64,000 nt of DNA from Botryllus schlosseri (Eukaryota), in the NCBI GenBank assembly GCA_051294905.1, contig CM119378.1, positions 372,001-436,000 on the forward strand. Direction: 5' to 3'. Within the stretch, counting starts at the first letter, position 1; each line of letters begins with the position of its first letter. The position numbers were made by a program, and so were the translations under genes. The notes under the pieces are model-generated. The model saw only the letters and a program-made list of their open reading frames with translations, was not told where the DNA came from and ran no database searches. Shown one piece after another: positions 62,084-64,000 of this stretch.

Positions 62084-62124
62084 ACCTCATCTGCGTGCGG
62101 TGTGCAGGACGCAGGTGTCTAGAT

Positions 62125-63661
62125 CAGAGTTGTATCAATTGTAATTTGTAATTGTAATTAAATGTAATTAATTACATTTTTCAATGTAATTGTAATGTAA
62201 TTGTAATTGAAGCATTTTTACTTTGTGTAATTGTAATTGTAATTGTATTTTGACAAAAATTTTGCTCAATTACAATTTCAATTACATTAAATTGCTATTG
62301 AGACCTGACAAGCACAACATAAAATAATTGACTTATAATGCATTCTCTTTAAATGTCGACAAGGAATTTGGTGGATCCATTCGTGGAAGCCCTTGACTAG
62401 TTTTTGTTTTTTATTTTTACCGGTATGCTGGCCTCGGCATTGTATACAATTTTTAGATTACTAACCAACGGATGGATTCGCAAAACGTGACTCACGATTG
62501 AATACGCCGAGAAGCGAACTGCTAAGCCGGCTAAAAGCAGCATAATTGATAGTCCCATAGCTGGCGATCCAAGCGTCGAAATTTGATATGTATGTTCCTA
62601 ATCAAAAGCTATTGTCGCACTGATTCCGCAATAAAAGTATATTTCCAGGCAATGGTACCATCTCAAAATAGTCGTGAAAGTCTGCGAATCGGCATTGTTC
62701 TGAACAATCGCTTGGCGTAATTGGTAATTGTTGTGGTCATGCTGCTGCAGCGCTCTCACTTTTCAGAACAGTCGGCCTTAAACGGCTATTTTGGAGCAGT
62801 TACATTGCCCTGACGAGATTTTATTTTGTATTTTCGGAATTAGTACATCAATAGCTTACGATAAAGACCAGATGCATCAAATTTGGACGCATGGATCGCC
62901 AGCTCTAGGACTACAAAGTTTGCTGCTTTTAGCCGGCTCTGCAGTACGTTTGTCGGTGCATTCATCCGTGACTCACATCTTGCGCATCTATCCGTGGGTT
63001 GGCAATCTACAATACGATTTCAGATCACGATGCTGCATCGTTACTTCGTCTGGCTAACTAACCAGACCACTGTATATTATATAACGTCTTATCTGACAAA
63101 GCACGGTTTTGTTTTTACTCCTCATCCTAATTCCTACGTCCCTCGATAAAAATAATATTATTTCTTTAATTATATACTATATACGCAAATCCAACACGTG
63201 CATATATTATAATACGTTTTCAACGACATACTGCACCCTATCCTTAATCCTAACCCATAGAAAATTAGGTAAATAACATTTTACATTTCCAATTACGTGA
63301 GCCATAATTACCGAGCATACAAAACACGCTTATATTACGTCACAATGACATCTTACATAGCATACTATGTACGCACATAAACGCATTTATTACTACACAA
63401 TCTGAACTAGACTTGAATTGTTGTTAAATACGACGCTCGGTTGTCAAGGAATTTGTGATTATTCAATTACATGTTCAACAGCAGCAATTGTAATTGTAAT
63501 TGTAATGTAATTGAAGCATGCAAGGAGTAATTGTAATTGTAATTGTAATTTGATATTTTTAGCATGGAGTAATTGTAATTGTAATGTAATTGAAACATGC
63601 ATGAAAGTAATTGTAATTGTAATTGTAATTGAACTAAAATAATGTAATTGATCCAACTCTG
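62125..63661 (-). mobile_element. (TAATTG)n MITE, same family as 55775-57148
   Basis: cagagttgtatcaattg ... aattgatccaactctg. Confidence 0.8.
62451..63011. mobile_element. Diverged member of the P/Galileo-like foldback MITE family (cf. 6765-7314)
   Basis: tttagattactaaccaacgg ... ccgtgggttggcaatctaca; colinear internal similarity; flanks atacaat/atacgat. Confidence 0.65.
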
Positions 63662-64000
63662 AGATGCGGTATTTGATGGCACGCAATGGCTGTAAAGCTG
63701 TTCAAAGATACTCCAAGTCTCTGCGGTACCAGTTCTTAAGCGCGCAATTATAATATATTAATGTTGAAACAAACCGGAATATTTCTGGCTGACACTCGTC
63801 AGGGTCTGGGGTAATAGTCAGCAACCAGATAATTGAGAATAACATTAACAATCCTTTTGAGTGTTCAAATGCCTACCTCTCCAATCTATTTCTACCGGAT
63901 AACTAATGCAAGCTCATTCGGGAAACTTAATATTCAATGCTGCACTCTTTTTAACATTCAATGGAATGCACTTTTACTTCTGCCTATGGTATGGGTGTAG

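Overview
Eukaryotic, repeat-rich invertebrate genomic DNA. The ~60% AT, short introns and dense MITE/SINE load suggest an ascidian-like chordate, but the taxon is an inference. Five host genes are supported: a partial claudin/PMP22-like membrane protein (-, ~1.0-2.4 kb), intronless RSPRY1 (+, 14750-16417), a 3-exon Cys-type SelO adenylyltransferase (-, 17268-23865), intronless ZDHHC5/8 (-, 26270-27916) and a 7-exon secreted matrix metalloproteinase (+, 52859-61592) with no visible cysteine-switch prodomain. The rest is largely mobile DNA. There are two long copies of a CR1/L2-group LINE: one is interrupted by a 310-bp solo LTR, and both are fused at the 5' end to the 3' tail of another retroposon. 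There are four tRNA-derived SINEs and many hAT MITEs with 8-bp TSDs, several nested. A CACTA element, a 1-kb palindrome and two adjacent giant foldback elements (6.6 kb with inverted 192-bp arrays; 5.05 kb with inverted 40-bp arrays) are also present. A P/Galileo-like MITE family with 7-bp TSDs occurs alongside two tiny TSD-flanked perfect palindromes that look like P-type excision footprints. Coordinates were read by eye and may be off by a few bases.
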